Source: an uncultured Planctomycetota bacterium (GTDB lineage Bacteria > Planctomycetota > Planctomycetia > Isosphaerales > Isosphaeraceae). From it: DNA of 64,000 bases. Under the pieces are notes generated by a model. The model saw only the letters and a list, made by a program, of their open reading frames with translations, ran no database searches and was not told the origin of the DNA. The stretch spans positions 288,001 through 352,000 of the forward strand of contig CAWJTV010000028.1 in assembly GCA_963845755.1 (NCBI GenBank). Direction: 5' to 3'. The stretch's first letter is position 1. The number at the start of each line of letters is the position of its first letter. Both the position numbers and the translations under genes were made by a program. Positions 32,782-45,604 of the stretch are shown here, piece after piece.

Positions 32782-34176
32782 TTAATTCTTGCCGCTCGGC
32801 CACGAGTTTTCCACGCCATCCGGTCGGCCTTCACCTTGCGATGAACGTTTCCCGCGCTCGGCGGCTCTCCGGGCTGCGGCTGGGGACGGCTTCCGCAACT
32901 TCGGCGCGGCGGTGAGCGAGTGCAGGAAGGCGAGCAACTCCTGGCGGTCGCCGTCGTCGAGCTTCCCGTAGCGGGTCGCGATCGTGGCGGCCTCGCCGCC
33001 GTGGAGCCGGATGGCCTCGTCGAGCGTGCTCGCCCGGCCGTCGTGGAGATAAGGGGCCGAATTCGCGACGCCCCACAAGGGCGGCGTGCGCCATTCGGTC
33101 TTCGCCGCCGTTCCCGCCGACTGCGCGCTCGCCCTTGCCGAGGCGATGTCACCCGGGCTTTCGGTTGTGGTCGAACTGCCGTAGTAGGTGGCGGCATCGC
33201 CCAGAGATTGGCCCATGTCGTGGAGCAGCAGGTCGCTGTAGATTCCGTTCACTTCCCCCAAACGGGGTGTATGACACGTCGTGCATCCGATCGTCTCGAA
33301 CGCCGCATAACCCGACGGCTCGGAGATCTCGTACGGTGCGGTACGGAGCACAGGTGGGGACAGTGCACGCACATAGTGAATCAGTCGATCGCACTGTTCG
33401 GCATCCATGTCGAGTTTCGGCTCGGAGCGGCTGTCCGACTCGGCGGTCGTGATGGTCGCCTGGTGGTGGCCGGGAACTTCCAGACCCAGCTCGTTGGAGC
33501 ATGCGGCCAGAACGAAGTCCCGAAGGGTCTCCGTCTGACCCTTCCACCCGAACCGTCCGATCCGGCCGCTTGGCAGCCGGCTCACCCGGCCCTTGATCTC
33601 GGGGAATCGGCGGAACTTCCGCTCCCCGGCTTCGATCAGCACCCGATCGGGAATGGCGTCGATGAGCCCCGCGCCGAAGATCGCCGGCGTGTTCCTCTCC
33701 GACGTCTTCAGATCGAGAATCTCCCCGCGACGATCCACCTGCGAGTAGGACGCGACGTCGCGGAGCAACGCCTGGAATGTCCTGGACGTGGCATGCCGGT
33801 GGAGGACGATACTGGCACTTGTCCGGAATAACTCATGAAGGTCCCCCAGGTCGCCCTGGAACGTTTCACCACCCCGCTTCGCGTTGCCTGGGGTTGCGAC
33901 GGCGGTGACCATGCGGACGTTGAGATCGTTCCCGCCCGCGCCGCCCACGCCGCCGAGGTGATGGCATGCCACACACGACTGCTCGTTATAGAGCGGCCCG
34001 AGCCCGTCGCCACCGATCGGACTGGGCTCTCCGGGCGTCCAGGTTTTCATGAAGAGCTGGCGACCTTCGTAGAATTCCCGGGAGACCGTTGTCCTTGACT
34101 TCTGACTGCGGTCGCCGGCGACGGCCACCGAGCAGGCCACGACCAGGAGGCATCCAGCCCGGAGCCAGGTCTTCAT
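32782..34176 (-). CDS. Di-heme oxidoreductase (DHOR)-family c-type cytochrome, paralogue 1
   Basis: Signal peptide, DGLGPLYNEQSCVACH, GRFGWKG, CTTCH, YSDLLLHDMG, WRTPPLWG and YLHDGRA. Confidence 0.88.
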   Translation of the reverse strand: MKTWLRAGCLLVVACSVAVAGDRSQKSRTTVSREFYEGRQLFMKTWTPGEPSPIGGDGLGPLYNEQSCVACHHLGGVGGAGGNDLNVRMVTAVATPGNAKRGGETFQGDLGDLHELFRTSASIVLHRHATSRTFQALLRDVASYSQVDRRGEILDLKTSERNTPAIFGAGLIDAIPDRVLIEAGERKFRRFPEIKGRVSRLPSGRIGRFGWKGQTETLRDFVLAACSNELGLEVPGHHQATITTAESDSRSEPKLDMDAEQCDRLIHYVRALSPPVLRTAPYEISEPSGYAAFETIGCTTCHTPRLGEVNGIYSDLLLHDMGQSLGDAATYYGSSTTTESPGDIASARASAQSAGTAAKTEWRTPPLWGVANSAPYLHDGRASTLDEAIRLHGGEAATIATRYGKLDDGDRQELLAFLHSLTAAPKLRKPSPAAARRAAERGKRSSQGEGRPDGVENSWPSGKN

Positions 34177-34635
34177 CCCGATTCTCGACGTCTCTTCCGA
34201 GGTTGTGCTGTGACACATTGTTGTCAATCTCCGACGAATGATAGGTGAGCAGGGTTCACGGATGACCTTTTTCCCTCGGTGCGCAGCGGGCCCGGACCCT
34301 CGGAGAAGGGCCGATGTTCGTAGTCGATAACCTGATGAACGGTCCGCCCGCGACCTCAGAAGGACCGATCAATCGGAATCTTCGCGGCGCGCGTAATCGT
34401 TCACCGGTCGATTGGCGAGGCCGAACCTGGACGAGACGGAGGGCGTCCCGACGCCTCGCGTTTCAGGAAAAGGGAGCTTTGAAGTGAGAGACGATCCGAT
34501 CGCCCGGATTATTCGCGACCCTGCTGCACGGCGCGCGAGGCGGCGTCCTCACCTCGTCCGGCCGCGGACCTGGTATCGAGGCTCGTCGACTCGCGTCTCC
34601 GCAAAGAGCTCGCCGGATCGTGGTGATGTCGGCCC

Positions 34636-35890
34636 TCAAGCCAGGTCCAGGTGCGGCGCCGGCGGCACGGCATGCTGGCCGGTGCTTGCAACGACTTCGG
34701 CGAGGAACGCGAGCAGCCGGTCTCGAAAGAGTGGCAGGGCGAACGCCTCGGCACGGCGGCGGCCCAGGAGGGGATCGTGGCGGCATCCGCGGGATTCCCA
34801 GGCGTCCAGGGTGTCGCGCAGGGCGTCCGAGGTGGGCTCGGCGTAGATCCCACCGACATCGGCGTCGACGGTTTCCGCCGCACCGCCGCGTCCCAGAGCG
34901 ATCACGGGGGCGCCGCAGGCCAGGGCCTCGATGGGGACGATCCCGAAGTCCTCCTCGCCGGGGAAGAGCAGGGCTCGGCAGCGTCGGTAATGATCTCGGA
35001 TCACGTCGTCGGGTTGCCAGCCCAGGAACCGAACGCTTGGCCCGGCCATTGCCTCCAGCCGTGCGCGCTCGGGGCCTTCGCCGATGACGGTCAGCCGACG
35101 CCCGGACTCGGAGCAGGCCACGACTGCCTGATCGATCCGCTTATAAGGCACTAATGCCGAGACGACGAGATAGGCTTCGTCGCGCGGCTGATCGCTCGGG
35201 TCGGGCGTGTAAAACGCGGCATCGACCGGCGGCTGGATCACCCGGCTGTCGCGGCGATAGCAGCGAGCGATCCGACCGCGGACGGTCTCCGAGATCGCCA
35301 CGAAATGCGATACCCGGCTCGATGTCGCCCGGTCCCAGCGCCGGAGACGAGAGAGCATCGTTCGGGCCAGGAGGCGCCTCACGGGCCGGTTCGACCAACC
35401 TTCCAGGTAGGTCTCCCGCGCTTGCCAGGCGTAGCGCATCGGCGTGAAACAATAGCAGACGTGGGGCACACCCGCGGGAGGAACCACGGCCTTGGCCACG
35501 CAATGGCTCAGGCTGATCACGAGGTTGACGTCCCGGGTCTGCCACGCCCGTCGCGGCCAAAGGCATGATCGGCAGCAGGTGGCGATAGTGCCGGAAAACG
35601 CCCGGGATCTTCTGGAGCGGCGACGTCCGGATCGACATCGACTCGATCGCCGCACTGAGCGAGCCTCGTCGATGGATCAGCGTGTACAGGGTGGCATCGG
35701 GGAAGGCCCGGCACAGGACCTCCAGGCACTTCTCGCCGCCGCGCATCCCCGTCAACCAGTCGTGTACCAGCGCGACCCGGAGCCCGGCCAGCGGGTGACT
35801 CGCCGCGCTCTCGATCCGCTCCAGGCTCGGCCTAGATCGGGTTCCTCGAGGGCGCGTAGCAGCCCCTCCATCGCGGTCGCTGGCATCCAT
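34636..35890 (-). CDS. Glycosyltransferase family 4 (frameshift ~35550)
   Basis: VALVHDWLTGMRGGEK, CFTPMRYAW, VPYKRID and EEDFGIVPIEALACG. Confidence 0.9.
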
Positions 35891-36193
35891 GCCGGCCTCC
35901 CGAGTCAACGGGTCATCGCGTACAGGCGTCCTGGCCGGCTTTTCTGAGTAGTTGTTGCGCCCGGGCACGACTTGAGAATGTCTGATCCGGAAGGTACACC
36001 AGATTGCCCGATCGGACAAGACGGGCTGGGATTTCTTGCGAATAGAGCGAGGCTTACTGTCGTCTCAAGAGATACCTGGGATTGCATCCTGAGACTCACG
36101 CTTCCATTCCGAACCGATTCGGAGATACAATGCGGTAACGGAGCAGGATGCGCGATCGCACACATCGTGAGCAGTTTCCTGGAGGCCTCGATC

Positions 36194-37650
36194 ATGCGCC
36201 CTGAGATTCGGATACTCGCGCTGGGAGCGGCGGGCGGGCTGTTCCTGATACTCGTGTGCTCCGCGATGCCAGTCGGGCGAGTGGCGCGGGCCGCCGATGC
36301 GGGCGGGGCGCCTCAGGCGAAACTCGCCAAGGCGATCACACAGGGCCGCGAACTCTTCAATCGGGAGTGGACGCCCAACGATCGTCGGAGCCATGGGGGA
36401 GACGGGCTGGGACCTGTTTACAATGAGCGATCGTGCGTCGGGTGCCACCACCAAGGACCGTCGAAGGGCGGAGGTGGGTCGGCCGGCACGAACATCGAGA
36501 TCATCTCGGCCACACCCGCCGGCAGCAACAACAACTTCCAGTCCTCGCCCGGGTTCTATTACGCCTTCTCGTTCAACTACGGCCCCGACGGCTTCGAATA
36601 CCGCTTCGGGGACCCGGCGCAGCGCGGGGGCGGGCACCGGCTCGCCGACCCGCCGCTGTTAACGCCAACGCGGCTAACGTCGGCACCTTGGTGCGGATTC
36701 ATCCGGGCTTTCGCGATGCGCTCGGCGTGGTCCTGCATCGGTACGGTAACGATGCCGATTACCGTGTCTGGCGCGAGTGGGTGCTGGGCCAGCACGGCAC
36801 GATCGCCATGCGATCGTCGCAGCGGAATCCCACCCCGCTGTTCGGCGTCGGCCTGATCGACGCCATCCCGGACGCCGCCATCGAGGCGGCTGCGCGACGG
36901 AAACACCCCGGCTCGCCGCAGGTGAATGGACGGATCGGACGACTGGCTGACGGACGGATCGGACGGTTCGGCTGGAAGGCTCAGACGGCGACGTTGCGCG
37001 AATTCGTCCTCTCGGCCGCTGCGGTCGAAATGGGACTGGAGGTCCCCGGGCATGCGCAAGCCGGCGATCCGCGGATCCCACCGCTCAAGCCGCCGGGACT
37101 GGACCTCGACCGCGACGAGTGCGATGCCCTGACCGCGTTCGTGGGATCGCTACCGCCTCCGAAGGTCGAGCGTGCTGCCAATGCCCGGGAAACCAAAACG
37201 CTCAAAGCAGGCAAGATCCTGTTCAAATCGATCGGCTGCACGGATTGCCACGTCGAGAAACTCGGTGGTGTCGATGGGATTTACAGCGACCTGCTGCTTC
37301 ACGCCATGGCTCCCGAGATGGCCGATACGCCCTCCTACGCTGCGTTCCTCTCCGGAGCCGACGCGCCGGCCGCGAATGCCAACCCCAATCCGGCCGGCGC
37401 ACCATTGGCCCGACGTACCGGAGTGGTCACCGAAGAGGAATGGCGGACGCCGCCCCTGTGGGGCCTGCACGACTCGGCCCCGTATCTCCACGACGGCCGC
37501 GCCGGCACGGTGGACGAAGCCATCCGTCTGCACGGCGGCGAGGCGACCGCCTCCGCCCGACGCTATCGGCAATTGACCGCGCGCGACCAGGCGGAGCTCC
37601 AGGCGTTCTTGCTCTCGCTCGTCGCACCGGATGATCTTGGCCCCAAGTGA
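36194..37650 (+). CDS. DHOR-family di-heme cytochrome c, paralogue 2 (frameshift ~36650)
   Basis: Signal peptide, DGLGPVYNERSCVGCH, GRFGWKA, CTDCH, YSDLLLH, WRTPPLWG and YLHDGRA. Confidence 0.88.
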
Positions 37651-37662
37651 TCGAGTCGCCCC

Positions 37663-38721
37663 ATGCCTCTTCGGAAACCGCAAGTTCGAACGACGGCCGC
37701 GTTCATCCTGGCGATCGCCGTCGCGATCGCTGTGAGTCGATCGGCACTTGCACAGGATCGTCCCACTGCTCCCGAACCGCGGGTCGATAAGGCCAAGCGT
37801 CAGGATGCATCGCGAACCCGCGAAGTCCCCGCACCCGAGGTCGTCAACGCCGAAGTGCATCCGAAGCAGGCACCGGATCTTCGGGAAGGGCCGCCGTTCG
37901 TCACGTCCCGGGTGTGGGCCGTCGCGGATGGTCGGACGGGATCGGTCCTTTGGGGCCATCGCGACGCGGAGGCCGTGGACATCGCCAGTACGACCAAGAT
38001 CATGACCGCGCTGGTCGTCGTGCGGCTGATGGCGAACGACCCCGCCGTGCGAAACGAGGTCGTGACCTTCACGAAGCGGGCGGATCAGACCGAGGGCTCG
38101 ACGTCGGGCGTGCGCGAAGCGGAGCGATTACCGGTCCACGAGCTGTTCTATGGGATGATGTTGCCGTCGGGCAACGATGCGGCCGTGGCCTTTGCCGAAC
38201 ACTTCGGGGGCCGGCTGAAGCCGCCCGCCGATGCGCCCGATGAGGCCGATCCGCTACCTCGATTCATCGCCGAGATGAACCGTGTCGCCGTCGAGTTGGG
38301 ACTGCATGAGACGCATTTTGCCAATCCCAACGGTCTGCCCGCTCCCGGACACCGTTCCAGTGCGCGCGACCTGGCCAAGCTGTCGAGCCAGGCGCTGACG
38401 CAGCCGGCGTTCGCTGCGATCGTCTCGACCCGGAAGCACGGCTGTACGCTGGTCGACGCCGAGGGACGGCGCCGCAATGTCGCATGGACCAATACCAACC
38501 ACCTGCTCGACATCGAAGGCTACGACGGCGTCAAGACCGGCACGACCCGGGCGGCCGGGACCTGCCTGGTGGCCAGTGGCCGTCGCGGCAAGGATCACCT
38601 CATCGTCGTCGTGCTGGGCGGCTCGAGCTCGCCGGACAGCCGATATCCGGACGCCCGGAACCTGTTCCGCTGGGCCTGGCAGATGCGCGGAAACCGGGCA
38701 TCGGACCCGGCGGCTCAGTGA
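37663..38721 (+). CDS. D-alanyl-D-alanine carboxypeptidase (peptidase S11)
   Basis: Signal peptide, SxxK (ASTTK), SxN (SGNDAA), NPNGL and KTG. Confidence 0.9.
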   Translation: MPLRKPQVRTTAAFILAIAVAIAVSRSALAQDRPTAPEPRVDKAKRQDASRTREVPAPEVVNAEVHPKQAPDLREGPPFVTSRVWAVADGRTGSVLWGHRDAEAVDIASTTKIMTALVVVRLMANDPAVRNEVVTFTKRADQTEGSTSGVREAERLPVHELFYGMMLPSGNDAAVAFAEHFGGRLKPPADAPDEADPLPRFIAEMNRVAVELGLHETHFANPNGLPAPGHRSSARDLAKLSSQALTQPAFAAIVSTRKHGCTLVDAEGRRRNVAWTNTNHLLDIEGYDGVKTGTTRAAGTCLVASGRRGKDHLIVVVLGGSSSPDSRYPDARNLFRWAWQMRGNRASDPAAQ

Positions 38722-38774
38722 AGGTAATCAGCGTCCTTCTCCGCGGGATGCCTTTGGCACGTGCACGTCTTGCG

Positions 38775-38878
38775 GTTTCCGAATTCAAGATTCCGGATTC
38801 GAGATTCCAGATTCCGGATTCGAGAATAATATAGAGCTCATTCTGTTGTTTGAATCCTGAATCCCGGATTTTGAATCC
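38775..38878. repeat. Inverted heptamer tandem arrays
   Basis: Seven units GTTTCCG-AATTCAA-GATTCCG-GATTCGA-GATTCCA-GATTCCG-GATTCGA (38775-38823), an AT-rich spacer, then TGAATCC-TGAATCC-CGGATTT-TGAATCC (38851-38878) in the opposite orientation. Confidence 0.8.
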
Positions 38879-38904
38879 CTCTTGAGTGGCGCCGGACGGG
38901 CGCG

Positions 38905-41016
<2,112 letters not shown>

Positions 41017-41289
41017 GGTTGCGGATCTTTCCCGGATCGGATGAAACCGAGTCGAACGGATTACGGGTGAGCGTCTCGACTCGCCGGGCGGCAGCCGGCG
41101 CCGCTCCATGGACTGACGATTCTAGCAGATTGCATTCCGCCGGGTCAGGTGCGTCACAATCCCACCGGATTGAAAGCCACCGAAGATGTCATTGAGGGAT
41201 GGCTGGATGTGATCAGCGAACGGGCTTCGAGAGAGGTGAAAGGCGCAATCCCGTTGATATGGGATGATTCGAGAGGGGAAGAGGAAAAT

Positions 41290-41417
41290 TGCCGTGGTGA
41301 TTGCCGACCAGCGGTTGGCGCCCCCGCATTCCGGTGTAATCGCTCAAACGATGTCCAGGCGCCCCAGGACGAGTGACTCGGCCCTAGTATTTGTGACCCT
41401 GTTCGGCCACCACGGCA
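41290..41417 (-). ncRNA. Candidate structured ncRNA (~130 nt), family unidentified
   Basis: Perfect 10-bp closing stem TGCCGTGGTG/CACCACGGCA extended by GCCGA-CAG-GGT pairings, internal hairpins, an upstream TTGACA promoter and a downstream pyrimidine tract. Confidence 0.6.
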
Positions 41418-41423
41418 GACCTC

Positions 41424-41451
41424 ATTGTTCCAGGATGCATCCGATTGTCAA
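41424..41451 (-). promoter_or_regulatory. Candidate promoter of the ncRNA
   Basis: Minus strand TTGACA-N16-AACAAT with TGn before the -10, ending 6 nt before the stem. Confidence 0.5.
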
Positions 41452-41605
41452 GGAAAATCCGAGAATTCTCGCGGATTTGTGGATTCGAGCAACGGCCCCA
41501 CCGATAAACCGCATTCTGGCTCATAAGCGGCTTCTCGACGGATAGCGGTAAGATTACTCAAATACTCAAGGAAAAAATAATCTGTAAGCAAGACAGCTGC
41601 AGACC

Positions 41606-44600
41606 TCATGAACCCGACAGTACTTCGGTACGGAGTGCTTCCTCTGCGACGCGTCGCATGGCTTTGAGGTCTAGCTTGCCGGTACCGAGCATCGGGATCA
41701 GGTTGACCTTGATGAACTGATCACGCCGGGGGATGAATAGGTTGGGGAGTCCCTGGTTGCTCAAACCCGCCAGGGCGCGTTGGAGCTGTTCGTCGTCGAG
41801 CGTGTGCAACACGGCCAGCTTTTCGCCCTTGCGTTCGTCGCCGACGGCCGTGACGGCGAAGACCTGCGTTTCGGCCCCGATGGCACGCTGGAGCGCCTCC
41901 TCGACCCGACCGTGGGGCACCATCTCGCCGCCGATCTTCGAGAAGCGCGAGAGCCGTCCGGAGATCTTCAAGAACCCGTCTTCGCCCAGGAAACCGAGGT
42001 CTCCCGTGATGTACCAACCCTCATGGAAGGCGGCCTCGGTGAGGTCGTCGTGGCCCAGGTAGCCACGCATGACATTCGGACCCTTGACCAGGACGAGTCC
42101 CTCAGCCTCGGCGCCGAGCGGCTCGTAGGTCTCGGTCTTGACGATTTTCACCGCGACGCCCGGCAGCGGCCGGCCGACGAACCCGCGGCGCGAGCCCGGC
42201 TGGAAGAAGCCCGTCTCGCGGTGGTCGAAGGTATTGACGGCCACCACGGGTGCGCACTCGGTCATGCCGTAGCCCTCCATCGGGCGGATTCCGAAGGCAT
42301 CCTCGAACGACAGCGCCAGGGACTCGGACAGTTTTTCGGCCCCGGCCAGGACCAGCCGGATCGAGCCGAATTGCGCGGCGGCACAGCGCCGGAGATAAAG
42401 CTGGAGGAATGTCGGCGTGGCCAGCATCACCGTGGCCGCATACGCGCTGGACCAACTCGCCGACCCGGTCGGCGTCCAGCGGGCTCGGATGGCAGATGCA
42501 GGCCATCCCTGAGTTGGCCGCGAACCAGAAGATGGTGTAGCCGAACGAATGGAAGTGGGGCAAGATTCCGAGCAACCGGTCGGAGGGCAGGACGCGGTAC
42601 GCCTCCCGGATGGCCTGGACGTTGGAATCGATATTGAAGTGGGAGAGGATCACGCCCTTCGGCTCGCCCGTGCTGCCGCTGCTGAAGATGATGGTCGCGA
42701 CGTCGTCAACGGTGGTCGGTCGGTCGGCCCCGGCCAGGCGTTCCAGCCATCGGATCGGAGCGACCAGCGCCATCGCGGCCGCGACAACGCGGCTCGAAGG
42801 TCGGATGCCGGCGTGCACGTCCTCCAGGAATAGCGGCTGCACTCCCGATGGGACCTCGACCTTCGCCTTCTCCAGGAAGGCCCGGCTGGTGACCACCGTG
42901 CGGAGGCCCGACTGGGCGGCCGCCGATTCCATGCCGGCTCGACCCGCGGTGAAGTTCAGGTTGACCGCAGTCTTGCCCGCCAGCGAGGCGGCCAGGTTCG
43001 CCAGGGCGCCGCCGACGCTCGACGGCAGGAGGATTCCGACAGCCGACTGATCCTTCCACTGCGGTCGCAGCGCCCGCGCGATGGCCACCGCGCCGGCAAG
43101 GGCCCGGAAATGCGAGACTCGCGGCGACTGGAAGTCGGCGAACGCCAGCCGCCACGGGTGGCGACGCACCCGGCGGACGAACTCGTGATGCAACGGGCGT
43201 CGATCCCGCTTGCGATGCGCCCAGGCCTCCTGGCCCAGCTCGCAGATCGCCTGGCGTAGATCAAACAGGGAGGACTCCGGCTGCATCGGCGCGCCGAACG
43301 AGACCGTCACGGGGTAGGGGAGTCGCTCCGGCCATCGCCGGTGGCTCGCCGGGCTGAAGACACTCCCCATCAGCCGGTCCAGGTGGACCGGGATGATCGG
43401 CGTGGTCCGACCTTTGACAATCCGCTGCAATCCGCGCCTGGAACGGCGCCATCATCCCGGTCCGCGTGAGCTGGCCTTCCGGGAACAGGCAGACGAGCTT
43501 CCCGTCGTCGAGCGCCTTGCCGGCCTCGCGGAAGGCGTGGAGGATCATCTTCGGACCGCCGCTGGAGGAGATCGGGATCGCCTTCATCGACCGCAGGAAC
43601 CAACCCAGGATCGGCCTCTCGAAATAGGCGGAATAGACCACGAACCGGATCGGTCGGTCCGTGCTCGCGAACAGGAAGAGCCCGTCGGCGAACGAGACAT
43701 GATTGGGGACCAGCAGGGCACCCCCCTCTCTCGGCACGTTCGATCGACCCAGGACCCGAACGCGATAGATCGTGTGCGCCAGGCCGATGAGCAGGAATCG
43801 GAAGAAGGCGTCGGGGACCAGGGTCAGGGCCCAAACGAAGCAACCCAACAGGACGATCGACACGCCGAGGAACGTACCCCGCGGCGAGACCCCGGCCTGC
43901 GCCAGCACGAATGCCAGGACCGATCCCATCAGCATCCCCGCATAAACCAGGACGTTCGCGAGGGCGATGATCGCGCCGCGACGGTCGGAGGGCGATCGCC
44001 ATTGCAGCAGCGCATTGAGCGGGACGAACAGGAACCCGCTGAAGATGCCCAGGAACGTCATGATGATCATGGTCCCGACGATTCCGGGGCCCAGGACGGC
44101 GAATCCCAGCGTGCCAGTGGTCAGTCCGAGCGCTCCCAGCGGAAGCAGCCCGTATTCCACCTTCGCTCCGGAAAGCTTGCCGGCCAGCACACACCCCACG
44201 CCGATGCCGATTCCGAGCGCGGCGAGCGGCAGGCCCGCTGTGGCCTCCGAGAGGTGCAAGACCTTCGAAGCATAGGGGAGGATCGGCGCGGGCACCAGGC
44301 TAGCGACCGCCCATACCAGGATCTGGCCGATGAGCGTGAGCTTCAGGATGCGATCGGCCCGGATCGATTCCCAGGCGATCTGGATCGTTCGGGCCAGTCC
44401 GCCCTCCGCCCGCGCGGCCGGAACTCGCGGGATCGTCAAGGCGGCCAGCAGACCGCCGACCGCGAACGCCGACAGGAGCACCCCCCCAAACCAGAGCGGC
44501 ACCTGCAACGTCTTGGCCGCAGTAATGATTGCACCGCCCGCAACGATCCCGCTGAGGATCGCCAGGTTCGAGCCCATCTCCAGAAGGCCGTTGCCGGCCG

Positions 44601-45051
44601 AGAGCCGTTCGTGGGGCAAGATCTCGGGCAGGATCCCGTACTTGGCCGGGCTGAAGAGTGCCAGTTGGACACCGAGCAGTGCCAGCACGCCCATGGCCAG
44701 CGGCCCGCCGGCCGGCTCGAGGAACAGGACGACGGTCCCCACCAGCATCAGCACCACCTCGTACACCTTCATACCCACGATGACTGACCGCTTGCTGACG
44801 CGGTCGGCCAGCAAGCCCGCCGGCAAAGAGATGACCATTAAGGGGATCATCAGGATGATCTGGGCGACGGCGGTGTGTTTCTGCCCTTCGACCTCGGTGA
44901 CAGCCGAGGCGATCGCCAGCAGGATGACCAGTTGTTTCCAGGCATTGTCATTGAATGTCCCGAGGAACTGCGCGAGGAATAGTCCGACCAACGGGTGCGC
45001 CCGGTCGCTTTTCATCGGGGTATCCTGCTCGAGATCGACGCCCTTGTCCAC
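41606..45051 (-). CDS. aas: MFS (LplT-like) + acyltransferase + acyl-ACP synthetase fusion (frameshifts ~43436, ~42440)
   Basis: FNDNAWK and FSPAKYGILPE (MFS); NHVSFAD and FPEG (PlsC); IFSSGSTGEPKG, EGYGMTE, YITGD and SRFSKIGGEMV (AMP-binding). Confidence 0.88.
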
Positions 45052-45604
45052 GTCACACGCTCCCTTCCCCGGGTCCGGTGCCGCCGCGAAGACTGCCAGG
45101 AAATACCGATCCCCATGCCCCTATCATGTCCGGATCGGCGCCATCTGAGCCAGCGGCAGAATGCCCCGGTGTCCGAACTGCTCGATCGCGTCGCGAGCCC
45201 GGTCCACCTCAGCATGTCCGACTCCGGCCCGACCGCACTGTCGGGACCCACAGGATGTGACTATACCGGAGCCGCGGTGCCACCAGAAGCGGGACGAGGC
45301 GCGCACGTTGCAGGCCAATGACGAAGTGCCCAACGCGGCAAAGGGAGTTTCGGAAGACCATCCGACTTACGATCGGCGGAAGTCATTTTGCCGATTCCCT
45401 TTCTGACCGAATTCGCGATGGTGTCGTCAGAGCAGAAACCAAGCAAGCAATTCGAGCGCCAGACGTTTTGGGTTGCGTACTTCCCCGACCCGATGCGAAG
45501 ACACCTCCTGGCGCTTTGTACGGGGCGCTTTGATCACCGGAGAGGACCTGGCGCGGGGATCGGACCTCACTGAGCACCCTTCGCGCTTTCGTGAGGTGAA
45601 GACC

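Noticed and set aside
38775..38878. Possible CRISPR array
   Set aside because: The units are 7 nt with no unique spacers, and there are no cas genes in the window.
41505..41535. TAAACCGC...GCGG resembling part of a fluoride riboswitch
   Set aside because: The 5' GGCGATGG-type segment and 3' CTGATG are missing, and no suitable gene lies downstream on that strand.
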